Below are positions 13,301-25,284 of a stretch of DNA of 64,000 nucleotides, one piece after another; position 1 is the first letter of the stretch, and each line of letters starts with the position of its first letter. The notes beneath the pieces were generated by a model that did not search any database, was not told where the DNA came from, and saw only the letters and a list, made by a program, of their open reading frames with translations. Source of the DNA: Lama glama (Eukaryota); the NCBI GenBank assembly GCA_028534125.1, contig CM052817.1, positions 66,094,001 to 66,158,000 of the forward strand, written 5' to 3'. The position numbers and the translations under genes were made by a program.

Positions 13301-14937
13301 CTAATAGCTGTAGCTTTTAAAGGGGCTATAGTTATTGCATAAAAAGAAGCATCATTGTGAGACCTATGAAGAACACAGATCATTGATTCAGGTGTGTAGG
13401 CACCTACACAACCAAACACTCACTTTAAAAGTAAAAACTTTGCTGTTAATGAATGTGTGTCTCAATCCATTGCCCTATCACCAGGCATAGAGGAATGTCC
13501 TCTATCAGGTACTAAATGAGGATGTTCAAACTGAGCTTCCTTCAGACTCCGAGATGCAAAGGAAAAGGCTCCCTGGATAATGCCATAAGTTTCTAAAAGT
13601 ATGTTTACAAACATAAAGCAATTGCCTGCAATTATTTAAGATGCTCTATGCTCAAAGAGATTCCAACGGTGGTTTTCAAGGAGACCGTAGTCTATTTAAA
13701 TGGATATATTAAGGGATATCTCCTAGAAAAAGCACATCTGCATATGGGCAAAAAGAACCTTTATACTCACTTTGTTTAACTCAGTTTTTATTTCTTAATT
13801 TACAAGTTGGTTGGTCCAGTCGCTGATTCCCTACACCAGCCTTAACAATTGGATAAGATCAGTTTCTAATGAGTAGTATCATTATCATTTGCATTCAAAT
13901 CAATCATGGCCTAAAAGTCTTTTTTTTGTAAGTTTATACACCAAAATAGATTAAATAAAGCATGATTCTATGAGCTTTTAAGAACAGTTCCATAAACTAC
14001 ATGTAAAAATCATTCTAGTAATTTTTGTTAGACCCCTTTATTACAGAACTACCAAGTTCCTGGTTTTCAAAATGGGAAAGACCTGTGGTCCTATCAAATT
14101 TACTATAAAACTTACTCATTTTACCTATAACAAGCCATACTTCCCTATAAAAAGTAATTTTGTGGCTAAATTTATAACATACAACACACATTATATTATA
14201 AAAAGCAGACAAGGAAAACAAAAGTAATTCTGTAAATGAAAACTAGGCAGATAGAGACGATTTTATTAGGAGTAGGGATGGCAGCTGGTTTTAGCCACTG
14301 GCAAATCTACCTGCCACTTCTTATACAGGTTCCTCGAGGTCCCTCAGAGAATTAACCTCTCATGCACGCTATTCTCCAAGAATCAGGGCTCCCCACCCAT
14401 CTTTTCAAGTCCACCAGATTTCTCTTTATAAAATTCCATATGTTTTCTAAACCTCGACAATTAAAGAGCAGCATTTGGTCAATGATAAACTCATAACTAA
14501 TGCTTAAAATTCATGCATTTAGCTAGACAATTATACCTGGTATAATTAAAATCTATATTGAACAATTCTTTCCTTCAACCAATAAGAATTTATTGGTGCC
14601 AACCATGATTGGTAAGCTCTAGTTACTTTCCCACATACATACCACCAGACAGAAGTTGAAATTAATGTTTTATGTGTATATAAGATATTCCCTGTTCACT
14701 TTCTAATTGGAGAAAGTAACTGTAACTTTAAAAGGCAGTTAGTATTAGCAACAGTTTTTTCATGGGTAAGTCAATGGGGCGCGAATGAAACAAAAACGCC
14801 GTAAGTAAGGACAAAAACTTTTGACCTGTAGGTTACTTAACTATCACATAGACTGCTTTTTAAGTCTGGCTTGAATCTGTCCCCTTTTGGGGAGAAAGGG
14901 ATCTTATCCCTCCCCCACCCATCTTCACATTATTTGT

Positions 14938-14986
14938 CTTCCTGTTACTGCATGAGTCAGCACCACTGGAAGTGGACAGCTTCCTG
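14938..14986. promoter_or_regulatory. ARE/MARE (ATGAGTCAGCA) plus three ETS cores
   Basis: ATGAGTCAGCA at 14952-14962; CTTCCTG at 14938 and 14980; GGAAGT at 14968. Confidence 0.4.
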
Positions 14987-15489
14987 CTGTTTATTAAGCG
15001 GAAAAGTCTTCTCTTCATGGAATGACACATCTTAGCTAAAGCACAAACAAGGGTAAAAATGCACCCAAAGTATAGTGGGAAAAATTAAACACACACACAA
15101 AACACGAATGACAAAAACACTACTGTTAAGCAAATATCCATGTTGCTCACTGATACAATTTACCTTTCTAAGACAAAAAGTTAAGATATAACATACTGCT
15201 ATTATCTTAGTTATTCCTAATAAGAATATCATAATGGAATGATTATGAATTCACTTAATCACTAGGAATGTCATTTTCTTTCTTAGTAGTTAGGCCTAAT
15301 TTGCTTCAAAAAGATTTCCTTGATACCCCACTCCCCTCACCTGCAAGTTAGGTTAGGTATCTTGACACTTGTCTGTGGATACCTCACTCTGTGTCCTTAG
15401 TTCAATAATATGATAACATTGAAACTCGGTTTTTAGACTGATCTCCTCCTATCATTCTAGTCACAGCACTTAATACAACTACATACCGT

Positions 15490-15700
15490 TTTGTTAATGC
15501 CTTTTAATATACCTGGCCTGTCACATTACCTTATTTAACACTATAATTCCTTTATGAAGTATTATTAGTCCCATTTTATATTTGAAGACATTTACCTAGA
15601 ATTATAATTACTTATAAGAATTATAACAAGTGGCAGTCAAGATTTAAACCCAGTTCTATTAAGCATCAAAGCCTGGGTATCTTCCAGAGATAGACTACCT
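15490..15700 (-). mobile_element. MIR
   Basis: attattagtcccattttata...gatttaaacccag. Confidence 0.55.
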
Positions 15701-15844
15701 CCTCCTATAATATACAAGAAGTACAGGATAATAAAGTAATCCTATCAAGATTCATTTATCTATTCACTACAAGCTTGTTCAAGAAAAAAATGTTTTCATT
15801 ATGGACCATGAGCATATCTCTCTTTAGTACTGATCCTCTTACTT

Positions 15845-16050
15845 GGAGAGGCAACACAACACAAGATTATATTGTCTAACAATCTGGGTTCCAACCCCAG
15901 CCCCCCACTGACTTCTCTGTGCCTTAGTTTCCTCATCTGCACAATGTGAATAATAACACTATCTACCTTGTAAGACTAAATGAATTGGTATTGTTAAGTA
16001 CTTGAAACAGTGCCTGGCAGAGTAAGAAGGGTGAGGTGTTTGTTAAGCAA
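15845..16050 (+). mobile_element. MIR
   Basis: tctctgtgccttagtttcctcatctg...aacagtgcctggca. Confidence 0.8.
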
Positions 16051-17639
16051 AACCATTCTCCATGGGTAGACTGTATCAAATCTGCTTAATGGCAAACTCT
16101 GTTGACAGCACAACATGTACTTTATTTATAGAGAAACACCTTGTAACCCAAATACTTTTAAACATTCCCTTAGGGCAAGAGGGCTAGTTGAACGGGTGGA
16201 CAATGAGCAACTGTTCCCAGGTAGGAATGAAGAGCTAACAGCTGGGGTGAGAGGGAGCAGAAAAGAAACTAGAAGTTTCAGACTTTCTTCAAAATACCAT
16301 TTTCCAGTTTGATTTTAGATCATTTGAAGTAGTATCAGATGTTAGTATCATCCCTAGTTCAAAGTGGGTAGATTTTTGTAAATATTGATTATGATCCTCC
16401 AGTTGATGACTCAGTCGAGTTAAGCATCATACTACTGGTTAATATTTTGAAAATACAAACTGATATGTGTTACTTTCTAAATCAAGACTATATTCTGTAA
16501 TTTTCCAACACCTGCATAAGGGTTTCCATTACTCTTAGTTTAAAGAAGTAATGAGCACATTTTTTTCAATCAGATTCTATTTTTAATAGAGAAAAATAAT
16601 CCTTAAAATTACTCATTTATTTTAAGACAATTCGCATTCATTAAACTGAGTCCCACGTGTAAGTAGTTTTATTTCCCCTTTTTTCAAAAACAAGCTTCAA
16701 CTCAAACCTCTAGGGTCAGAATGAAGAAAGAATTCTTTCATAAAAAAATGGCTAAGGGTGCTGCTACCTCTACAGGAATGACACAACCTGTCAACACTGC
16801 AGACTGAAAGAGGGGGAAAAAGGATGAAATTTGAAAACATCCTGGACCAAAATGCAATAGAAAGTTGGCTATTATAACTTACATCTGTTAAAATTTGAGT
16901 AACTTAGACACCTGAAAAAAAGCTTTACGTAGTGAAGTTGCAGAATAACTCTTTAAACAGCTTAGAGTAGATAAAAGGAGAATATTATAGATGAGAAAAT
17001 GTGTTTAAGTTTTAGCCTGTTTGCAGTCTTTACTCAATTAGTATTGACGGACATCCCAGCTATTATTTTGTTACAACTTCCAAAATCTTCACTTATTTTA
17101 TTTCAACTAATCAGATCAAAGATCTGTTGAATTATTCAGTAATTTAGGGCATAACTGATTCTTCAGGAATACTAAACCAGCATTACTTTCTGATTTCCCA
17201 TTTCTTTTCCTTTAGAAATGACATTCTTTCAGAGTTTAAATATAACTTCTTTCTTTTTTCTTTTAATCCCTTCTTCTATCTACTGTATTCCAACATGAAA
17301 GTCACAGATTACATAAAAAGAATACTTGGTGTACTTACTATATTAGTAATATCTTCAGAAGGACTTTTTTTTTTGCCTTTAAAGAAAGCCTTCCTTCCCT
17401 CAAATCCAACCTATATAATTCATTTATTGTTTCACTTCATAAAACACTTTAATCAAGCTAAAGTGAAGTTTCATTTAGATTATTACAAATCTAACAGGTG
17501 ATTTATTATATTCCAAGCCATTTTGAGCAATAAGACAGTTTATGTTAGATAAGATGTCTGAAAATAGCATTTAAAACCTTTAAAAAATCCGTCATTAATA
17601 TCTCATTTTTATTTCTTAATCACAAGATGCTCAAAAATT

Positions 17640-17990
17640 CAAAAACAAAACTGAATGGCCTCAAAGGTTAATTACATAACATGGCCTGCAGGCCTTTCGT
17701 CTGAACCTATTTCCTCATTAGCCTCATTATTTCTTCATAACCCTCCCACTTAACGGTGTATATTCTAGCCACAAAGAACATCTTCCTATTCTTCAAACTC
17801 TCCTCAGCCTCAGCTCGAAGCTTCTGTACAGACTGTGCCTTTACTTACACGCCCCTCCTCCTATAGCTAACTGCCACTGTCCCTCAGGTCCTGACCAGCC
17901 GACACTTCTTGCAGGTCCTTCCCTGACCCCTCAGGGCTGCAGGCGAGCATCCTCCTCCATCTGCTCTCACTGCATCTTGCTCTTCTCTGT
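17640..17990 (+). mobile_element. L2 fragment
   Basis: Pyrimidine-rich L2-like motifs (attctagccaca, ccttccctgacccc). Confidence 0.5.
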
Positions 17991-18774
17991 AATAGACTAG
18001 AGAAGTAGTATCTTCTTTCACGTCAAATCCAACAGAAATATGGTGGCAACATGTGACAACCTTTCACCACTCACATTCCTACAGATCACTGCAAAGAAGA
18101 TACAAGGCTGAAGAAAATACATTTCTCCCAAAGAGCAATTATTGGAAGCTATTTCCACCATTATTTCCAAATACAACAAAAGGCTTATTTAAAAAAAAGA
18201 GCCCCACACTGTCAACATACTTGTACTTAATACTATTGACAGTAAAACTAAAAAACCAAGGTCGTAGGAAAACGTATCCAGAATTTAACAAAAGTTACGT
18301 TTTCTTTCCATTAAAGACCCCAAATTATAAAATATTATGCAAATGAAAGCCCACTTGTCTATTTCTCTTAGTTGCCTTTCAACCTTCTTTGCTGGAAGCT
18401 TGTTCTGTAAAGAGGTCACATTTACATCTTATCAAGGTTTTCTATCAGTGTTATGGAAATCTGACCACATTAAACAATGAAGAAAACAAAAAATACCTCC
18501 AAAGAAGGGCCCCCTCTGAAACATCTAGGAAACAGTCAAAAATATAAGCAGTAGTTTACTTCATGAAGGAGTCTCTAGTTCACAAAATCTGGAAGCACAG
18601 GTATCAACCTTCATTTAAAGGAACGTTTACTAATTATTTCTTCTAAAAATTAAACTTTGAAAAATAGTTTCAGTCTTTAATGCAAATTTAAATTCCTCTT
18701 ATGCCATCTCAGTTTTTTTCACTGAAATTTTTCAGAGGTTCACTTTTTCCATTTTCTTTTTAGATTATTTTTTA

Positions 18775-18885
18775 AACTTTTTAAATTTTTATTGAAGTAT
18801 AGTTTACAATGTTGTGTCAGTTTCTGGTGTACAGCATAATAGTTCAGTCGTACATACATACATTCATTTTCACATTCTTTTTCTT
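18775..18885 (-). mobile_element. Young L1 3' end fragment (artiodactyl/camelid type)
   Basis: ttttattgaagtatagtttacaatgttgtgtcagtttctggtgtacagcat is the antisense L1 3' terminus typical of these genomes. Confidence 0.75.
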
Positions 18886-19059
18886 TATTAGTCCTTTTTT
18901 TAGTTCTTTTTTCCTACACGTGGGAAGAAAAATGTAGAATGGTATTCTCACATCCATTATTGCCTCGTTCTTTTCCTCATTCATCTCCTCTTACATTCAC
19001 GTACCTGTATTCATTAGACATCCACTGTGTACTAGGAAATGGGATTTGGCCTTTTTAAA

Positions 19060-19390
19060 ACATATTAATAGACTTCAATTTCTAGAGCAGTTTTAGATTT
19101 ACAGGAAAACTGAATGGAAAGTCACAGACTTCCCAAATACCTCCTGCTCACCCCCTACAATTTCCCTATCATTAACATCTTGAATTAATGTGATACATTG
19201 GTTACAACTGAGCCAACGTTGATACAGTAAAGTCTATCACTACGGTTAGGGTTACTTTTGTGTTGTGTAGTTGTGTGGGTTTTTACAGATGCATAATGTC
19301 ATATATCTACCACTACAAAATCATACAGAATAGTTTCAGTGTCCTAAAAATTCTCTGTGCTTCACCTGTCCTAGCCTCTTGCTCTCCCGT
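19060..19390 (-). mobile_element. L1MC-type 3' end
   Basis: tagagcagttttagatttacaggaaaactga...catacagaatagtttcagtgtcctaaaaattctctgtgct. Confidence 0.8.
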
Positions 19391-21419
19391 GTTCCCCTTG
19401 AACCAGATATTTTTCCAAGTTACACTGGTGAACCTGCCTAGTACATAAAAGTGCACATTTAATATGGAGAGAGACCCACTTCTTAATTCTCACATAGCAG
19501 TAAACAAAAATGGACAAGGAAAAGCCATTTCTAAACAATTAACAGCTCTTTTTATTAAGACTTTAAAATTTGATGTTTTGGAATAAATTCAACACTGCAT
19601 TTATTTTATTCTATACAATGTTAAAAGAACTATAAGCTTATAATGAGGTAAAATAAATACATTTTTTAAATGTATTTTATTTAAAAATTATTTTGTCCAT
19701 ACTCCCTCCGTCATTTGTCAGTAGCCCTCTGCTATTAACTCATTACTCCAAATTTGGCCTCTCTCTAGCTTCAGAATTAGGGCCATTAACTGCCTGGAGG
19801 GAAACGTGATGCCTTCCCCAGCACTTCCTCCACCATCTCCCATCTGCTGTGATTTAGAAATAACGTCTGTTAAGAAAAGGATCTCTCCATACTGACCTCA
19901 AGGCTCTTGAACTATGTGCTTACCAAGTCTCTCTTTCTGCTATGAAGTAAATTATGAACACCACGCAGGTGTTCACAGCTTCATAACTTCACTGGGTCCT
20001 GAGAACCTAGGGGTCAACCTGCTACCCATCACTCTGACAGGTGCTACTAACGTGATAGGCAGCGTTTATAGAAGGCAGTCCCAGTTTCTGCCCCTCGTAC
20101 TTTCACCTTCAAAGCATCCTGATTTAGACAATAAATTATGTGGTCCCCCTGTCCAAAACACCCCCCAACTCACTCACTTTACATCTTCCCTACCCTCCCT
20201 TGAAACAACCATCCCTGCTGACACCAGCCCTTTCATGCCACGGGCTATCAAACTTCCAGAGCTCTGACTATAAGAACTCTGCAGTCACTATTTTTCATAT
20301 ACACTACATTCTATGAAGGACTGTTTTAAAATCTGACCGATTTGTTTTACGAAAACTGAATGGTTCCCCCCCAAAAAAGCATTTTTCCAACTAAAAAATG
20401 TAAGTAAAATGTCTTGCATTAGACTTAGGAGCGTAACATTCTTCTTGAAGAAAAGAATCTTAAGCCAGTCACCTCACTAAGAGAAATTTGTTCAACAATC
20501 TATCACAATAGGAGTTGTAGGGAATTCAACATTAAGAGTAAAGATGCGTGCCTAGATTTCAAGTCAATTTTAAAAAAGAAGAAAGTTTGGCCATAAAACA
20601 TGCAACTCAATTTCTTTTTACAGATGGCAAGGCCAAAAAAAAAAAAAGTGATCCAGGAGCAACAGAGGGATAGTAAAAAAAGGGGGAAATGAATTTTGGG
20701 TAGTTTCATTAAGGGTCTGAGGAATGACATTTAGAGAATAGAATCAAGTAAGGGCAACAAAAATGCTTTAGGGAGTCCTGGGAGGGAAGAGCTGAGAAAG
20801 AGCCAGTGAACAGACGACTGGCAGCATCAGACACTGATCATACTGCACCTGTGTGGACAGCCACCAATCATTTAGAATTTCCATTAGTAAGCAGTGAAGA
20901 AATGCATTCCTGTGACTTCCGTGTGATAATTGCTAAAGGGCTAGTGCTGTATATAACTTGTTGTTTTGTGTCGAAATTAGTTTGCCCCATCAAAAGATAA
21001 CTTGCAGAGTCATTTACCAGCTTCAAATGTGCTCAGTTTGAAACCTGATTGAAACCAGCTGAGCGAATGACATCACCACCGGCTTTTTACTATAAAAAGG
21101 GCAAGCTCTGTGAGGTCATGAAGCAGACGCTGGGTGAACAGAAGCCAAGCTGGAAGAGAGAAGAGCCAAGTGAAGTTCAGAGGAGAGAGACTCATTCCAA
21201 GAAGCAGCTAGGATGAGCAATTTGCTGAGAGACAGCTGCAGAAGAGAAAAAACACAATGGAAATTTTCCTTTAAGGGCAGGGGCTGCTGTCTCTCCTAAA
21301 GACATAAGTGATCTTTAAGCAAAGGCTCAAAGGAGAAACTGATTGAAGCCCTTTCAGATTTTCAGTTCCTGGCATTGAATTAAACTGTAACATCATCATA
21401 GGAATAGTATTCCTGTGGT

Positions 21420-21960
21420 CTTTCGCTCAACATATATTAATTGAGCACCTACTATGGACTAGGCAGTGTCATAGGAACTCGGGATACACGAGTGAATAAA
21501 ATGGACAAAAGTCACTGAAATGAAAGACAATAAACAGATAATAATAAAGCATATCCAAAAAAAGCACTGCAAAGAAAATTAAGAAAAATGGTTGGGTGAA
21601 GAGTGGTGATACCTGAGCAAAGACTTCGGGAGGTGGGGAGATGAACCGACGGTGTGGGTATCTGGGAGAAGAGCATGGCAGACAGAGGTGCCAACGAATG
21701 CGAAGTCTTGAGCTGGGAGCGGGCTTTCTGTGTTGGAGGAACATCAAGGCTGCCAGGACTGCTAGTCAGAAGGAACAAAGGGAAGCAGGCGTTTGACTGT
21801 GGACAAATTAATTTCATTTAGACAGGCAAGGATTCTGCTAGTAGCTGGATATGAACATAGGCACAGGAAACAGTTTGTTTTTTTAAGGTGGAAAAAGTAT
21901 AGCATGCTTTTCTGCTAATGGGAAAGATCCAGTAAGGAGGGAAAACAATGATGCCGAAGA
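21420..21960 (-). mobile_element. L2a fragment(s)
   Basis: caacatatattaattgagcacctactatggactaggcagtg...gatacctgagcaaagact. Confidence 0.75.
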
Positions 21961-23829
21961 GAGAGGGACCTGCTAGGGCAATGTCCCCTGATAGGTCAAA
22001 GGGGTGGGATCCAGGGAAGATGGGAAGAGACCTTTCCTTGGTCTCAGTGAAACAAAGGTGTGCAGGTTACAGGGTAATTTGGTTTGTTTAGACTTTTTGT
22101 TACATGAAATTGTGTTGGCTATGATGAGAAATGGTCCAAAAGAAACTTTTTTTTGCCACAACTTTCTGAAATTCTTAAGTTGTTTAGGCTATACACAGCT
22201 AGGTTTTAAACGAATCAAATGTAATAATGACAATGTAGCAAAACATACAGTATCCAACTCAGGTAGGAGAACAAACTTCTGTTTGTATTTAAAAGTCTTT
22301 TTTCCTTTTCCCATCCTTCCATAACTTAGTTTTAATTTTACAGAACAAAATAATCACCTTTTTCTCAGTCAGTGAAAATGCTTCTATCCAACAAAGCAGC
22401 CTGCCAGTTGTCAAGGGTGTTTCTTCCTGGACTAAGTTCCCAAATGACAAACCAGGAGGAGGGAAACAGGAGGAATAGAAATTGTGTTCAACACACACTG
22501 AGGTAGATCTTAGAGAGCCGATAAGTACATCTTCACGGGTCTTTCCATATCTACAAATACTGACATTTAACTTGGAGAACCCTCTACCCCATATTGTTTC
22601 CTGGGAAGAGCTAGTACAGAATAACAAGAAAATTTTATTATCTTCTCATCTATGACCAGTTTAAATGTGACCTGGAGTTATTCTCTCTCAGCATAGGTAA
22701 GCTCACTACCAAAATCATTTAAACTTGGCTTAACTGCGAAAACCTATTTTGGAGGGGAGTGCTTTTAACAGTCTCCACACTGATAACCACTTCACATCCA
22801 TCTGGTGGCAGCAAAGCCAGAGCTAGGTGGTGACAGTTAATGGCCCTAATTCTGAAGGCTAGTGAGAGGCCAAATTTGGAGTAATGAGGTTATAGCAGAG
22901 GGCTACTGACAAATGACTGGGGGGAGTATGGACAAAATAATTTTTAAATAAAATATATTTCAAAGATTTCTATCTTATCTGTGAAAACCAGAAGACGGCG
23001 AAGATTAGGATGGGAGGAATGTGATGGAGAGAACTCCATTCATCGGAATTCAGTGAAGAACTTAGATCTCTGAGGTATGTGTCTAGAGCTCTTCCCACAT
23101 GGCTGCATCAAGTGGGGAAGAACACATGGAAACGCAAGCCCTGAATTCCCCACGACCTGTGCTAAAGGAAGGGTATGCAGCACATGCTCCGTAGTCAGAC
23201 TGACTTCTGGGCTTCTGGTGTCCTCCCATGCAGAGTTAGTGTCTAACTCAAAGTTGCTCTGGATGCTTCTCCCTGACCCCCACTCCTTCCCCCATCTGTT
23301 TGTTTTGCACCCCCAATAATTTTCGTGTCAATGTATGCTGGCGCTTAGCACCTTAGCAAGCTTCCCTTGCTGAGACTGCAGGGGTATAAACAAAGCAAGC
23401 CTCCCACTCCCCTCACTCCAGAAACAGGACAGGGCTGCAGAGCAGACAGACCTGTTCCCAGGGGCGTCCTCAACACACTGATCTTAGGCTTCTAAACACC
23501 TCCTTAAACTCGGACTTCCACAGAATCAGCTGTCTTCGTAAGCAACTGTCTTTCCTTTCTGCTGGTTTTTGACTTACCTGGGTCAAGTATTATTTGATTC
23601 AAATGCATTCAGTAAGAAGTAGTGATTTGTGTAAGTCCATAGGACACAAATATCACATGCTCCATCAAAACTCTTTCTTCAAGCTTGAAAAATCAAAACC
23701 TGCACTACTCAGATTTTACACAAACTTTTAGCCTTACCATTTTAATAAAAAAAAATTTCAAAAAGCACTTGAATTTCAAAGGGATGGTTTTCAAATATCC
23801 AGTTTTAATATTTAACTGATCAATAGCAG

Positions 23830-23970
23830 AGGTTCAGACAAACATCTGGTCCTAACATGGCAACTCATTTTGTGGCTTGAGGTAGCACAACACCTAAGTC
23901 TTGGTTTCCTTACCTGTAAAAAGAGAACACTGGCTAATATATTCATATTGTGGCCTTTAGCTACAATGTT
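23830..23970 (+). mobile_element. MIR3-like
   Basis: ggtttccttacctgtaaaa core variant. Confidence 0.55.
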
Positions 23971-24159
23971 CAATTCTTTCCTTCCACATCATATTATAAA
24001 TTAGCAGTCTCCCAGTTTAGAAAGTTTTATCAACATATAGTCGAATTATTTTAACTTGTAATAAAAAAGATAAACAGACAGGTGCCATATGAGTGAATTA
24101 ACAAAAGTGGAGTATTTTAAATTAAGAAAATGAATGCTTGCAGAGGAAAACGATTTAAG

Positions 24160-24790
24160 CAAGGTAGCAGACAATTCTGAAGACTGCTGTCTGGCTCCCA
24201 CTTCCTTCTCCCACCGCCAGCAGCACACCTACACCTGCACTGTAATTCTTCAGCCCAGCCTACAGCTGACTGATTTAAGGGTAGACACTAGACCCAAGCT
24301 AAGACAGACTGTCTCTCCCCGGAAGTTGTCATTTTGATCTGATAAACATAGGCTGGGAGCATCTGAATCGTGGTAACAGCAACTCTACAGAGTCCAGCAT
24401 TCCTGCTTTTAGAGATCCCAAAGCAGTCCCAAGTCCCTAAGGCCACCCTTAGCTCCTTCCCAACCTTCTTAAGATTAATGGCTGTTATTCCAAGGACTCC
24501 TTTAAACACTGAAAGTTTTTAATTTAAAGTAATTAAACCTAAATACAATTTAAAATCCAAGTCCTTAGTTGAACTGGCCACATTTCGAACACTCAATAGT
24601 CCCATATGGCTACAGGCTACCATATTGGACAGCCCAGATTTAGAGAACATTTCCATCATCAAAGAAAGTTCTATTAAATAATGCTGCCCCAGACCATTTT
24701 AATTAACTTCCTTTTTGTTTAAGCTGCTAAAATCAGAATTTGTTTTGTTTTATGTGAATGTGCTTTATAGTTGCACCCATAAAAGTCTTC
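24160..24790 (+). mobile_element. LTR16/LTR33-like ERVL solo LTR, split by MER3
   Basis: Begins gtagcagac, has internal gacccaagctaagacagactgtctctcccc and a 3' ttcctttttgtttaagctg segment. Confidence 0.45.
24520..24686 (-). mobile_element. MER3 (hAT-Charlie) relic nested in an LTR
   Basis: ggctaccatattggacagc...gaacatttccatcatcaaagaaagttctatt. Confidence 0.8.
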
Positions 24791-25166
24791 ATAGGAGGCA
24801 TAACGATACGTTATGGAAATCCTGTCAAGGCTACACTTAAGGGTTTTGAGTCTTGGAGTGAATGTCACTTCAAAACTCAAAGTTTACTCACATCACTCCT
24901 GGACTTCTCCTGATCATGGAATCATAGAATTTAAGAACTTGGGAAAAACTCAGCAAATATCTAATTCGATTTCTTATTTTTCATACATGAAGAAATAAAG
25001 ACCCAGAAAACCTGTAACTTGCTTTCATTTCTAAACAGCATTTAAATTTGGTTTCATAGGTTAAGACAAGATAAATAACAACTAAACTGTAATATACAAC
25101 ATAACTCTGCAAATCTTATGATCATACAAGTAACCAGGCATGAAGTTTAAATATTTATTTACTCAC

Positions 25167-25284
25167 CAAGCTGTTACTACACCGACTTCTTCCCACTCCC
25201 CCCGCCATGTCTTTTTTTTTCATTTATTTTGTAAGGTACATTCACCATGGTTACCATTGTTTTCAATGGCGTAGTTCCCCGTAT
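25167..25284 (-). other. Internal non-coding (5'UTR-type) exon, 118 nt, of a large minus-strand host gene
   Basis: Minus strand reads TGTTTTCTGTGCCTTTTAG|ATACGGGGAACTACGCC...GTAGTAACAGCTTG|GTGAGTAAA. This gives a polypyrimidine tract with AG acceptor and a consensus GTGAGT donor. The sequence is unique and retains CpGs. All three through-reading frames contain a stop. Confidence 0.75.
25177..25257 (-). other. Candidate upstream ORF inside the exon (MVTMVNVPYKINEKKRHGGGSGKKSV*)
   Basis: Hand translation. Two in-frame starts in strong Kozak contexts (ACAATGG, ACCATGG); ends at TAG within the exon. Confidence 0.5.

Noticed and set aside
22795..22812. CTCF-like CCATCTGGTGGCAG
   Set aside because: Mismatch at a normally conserved core position; cannot be supported without data.
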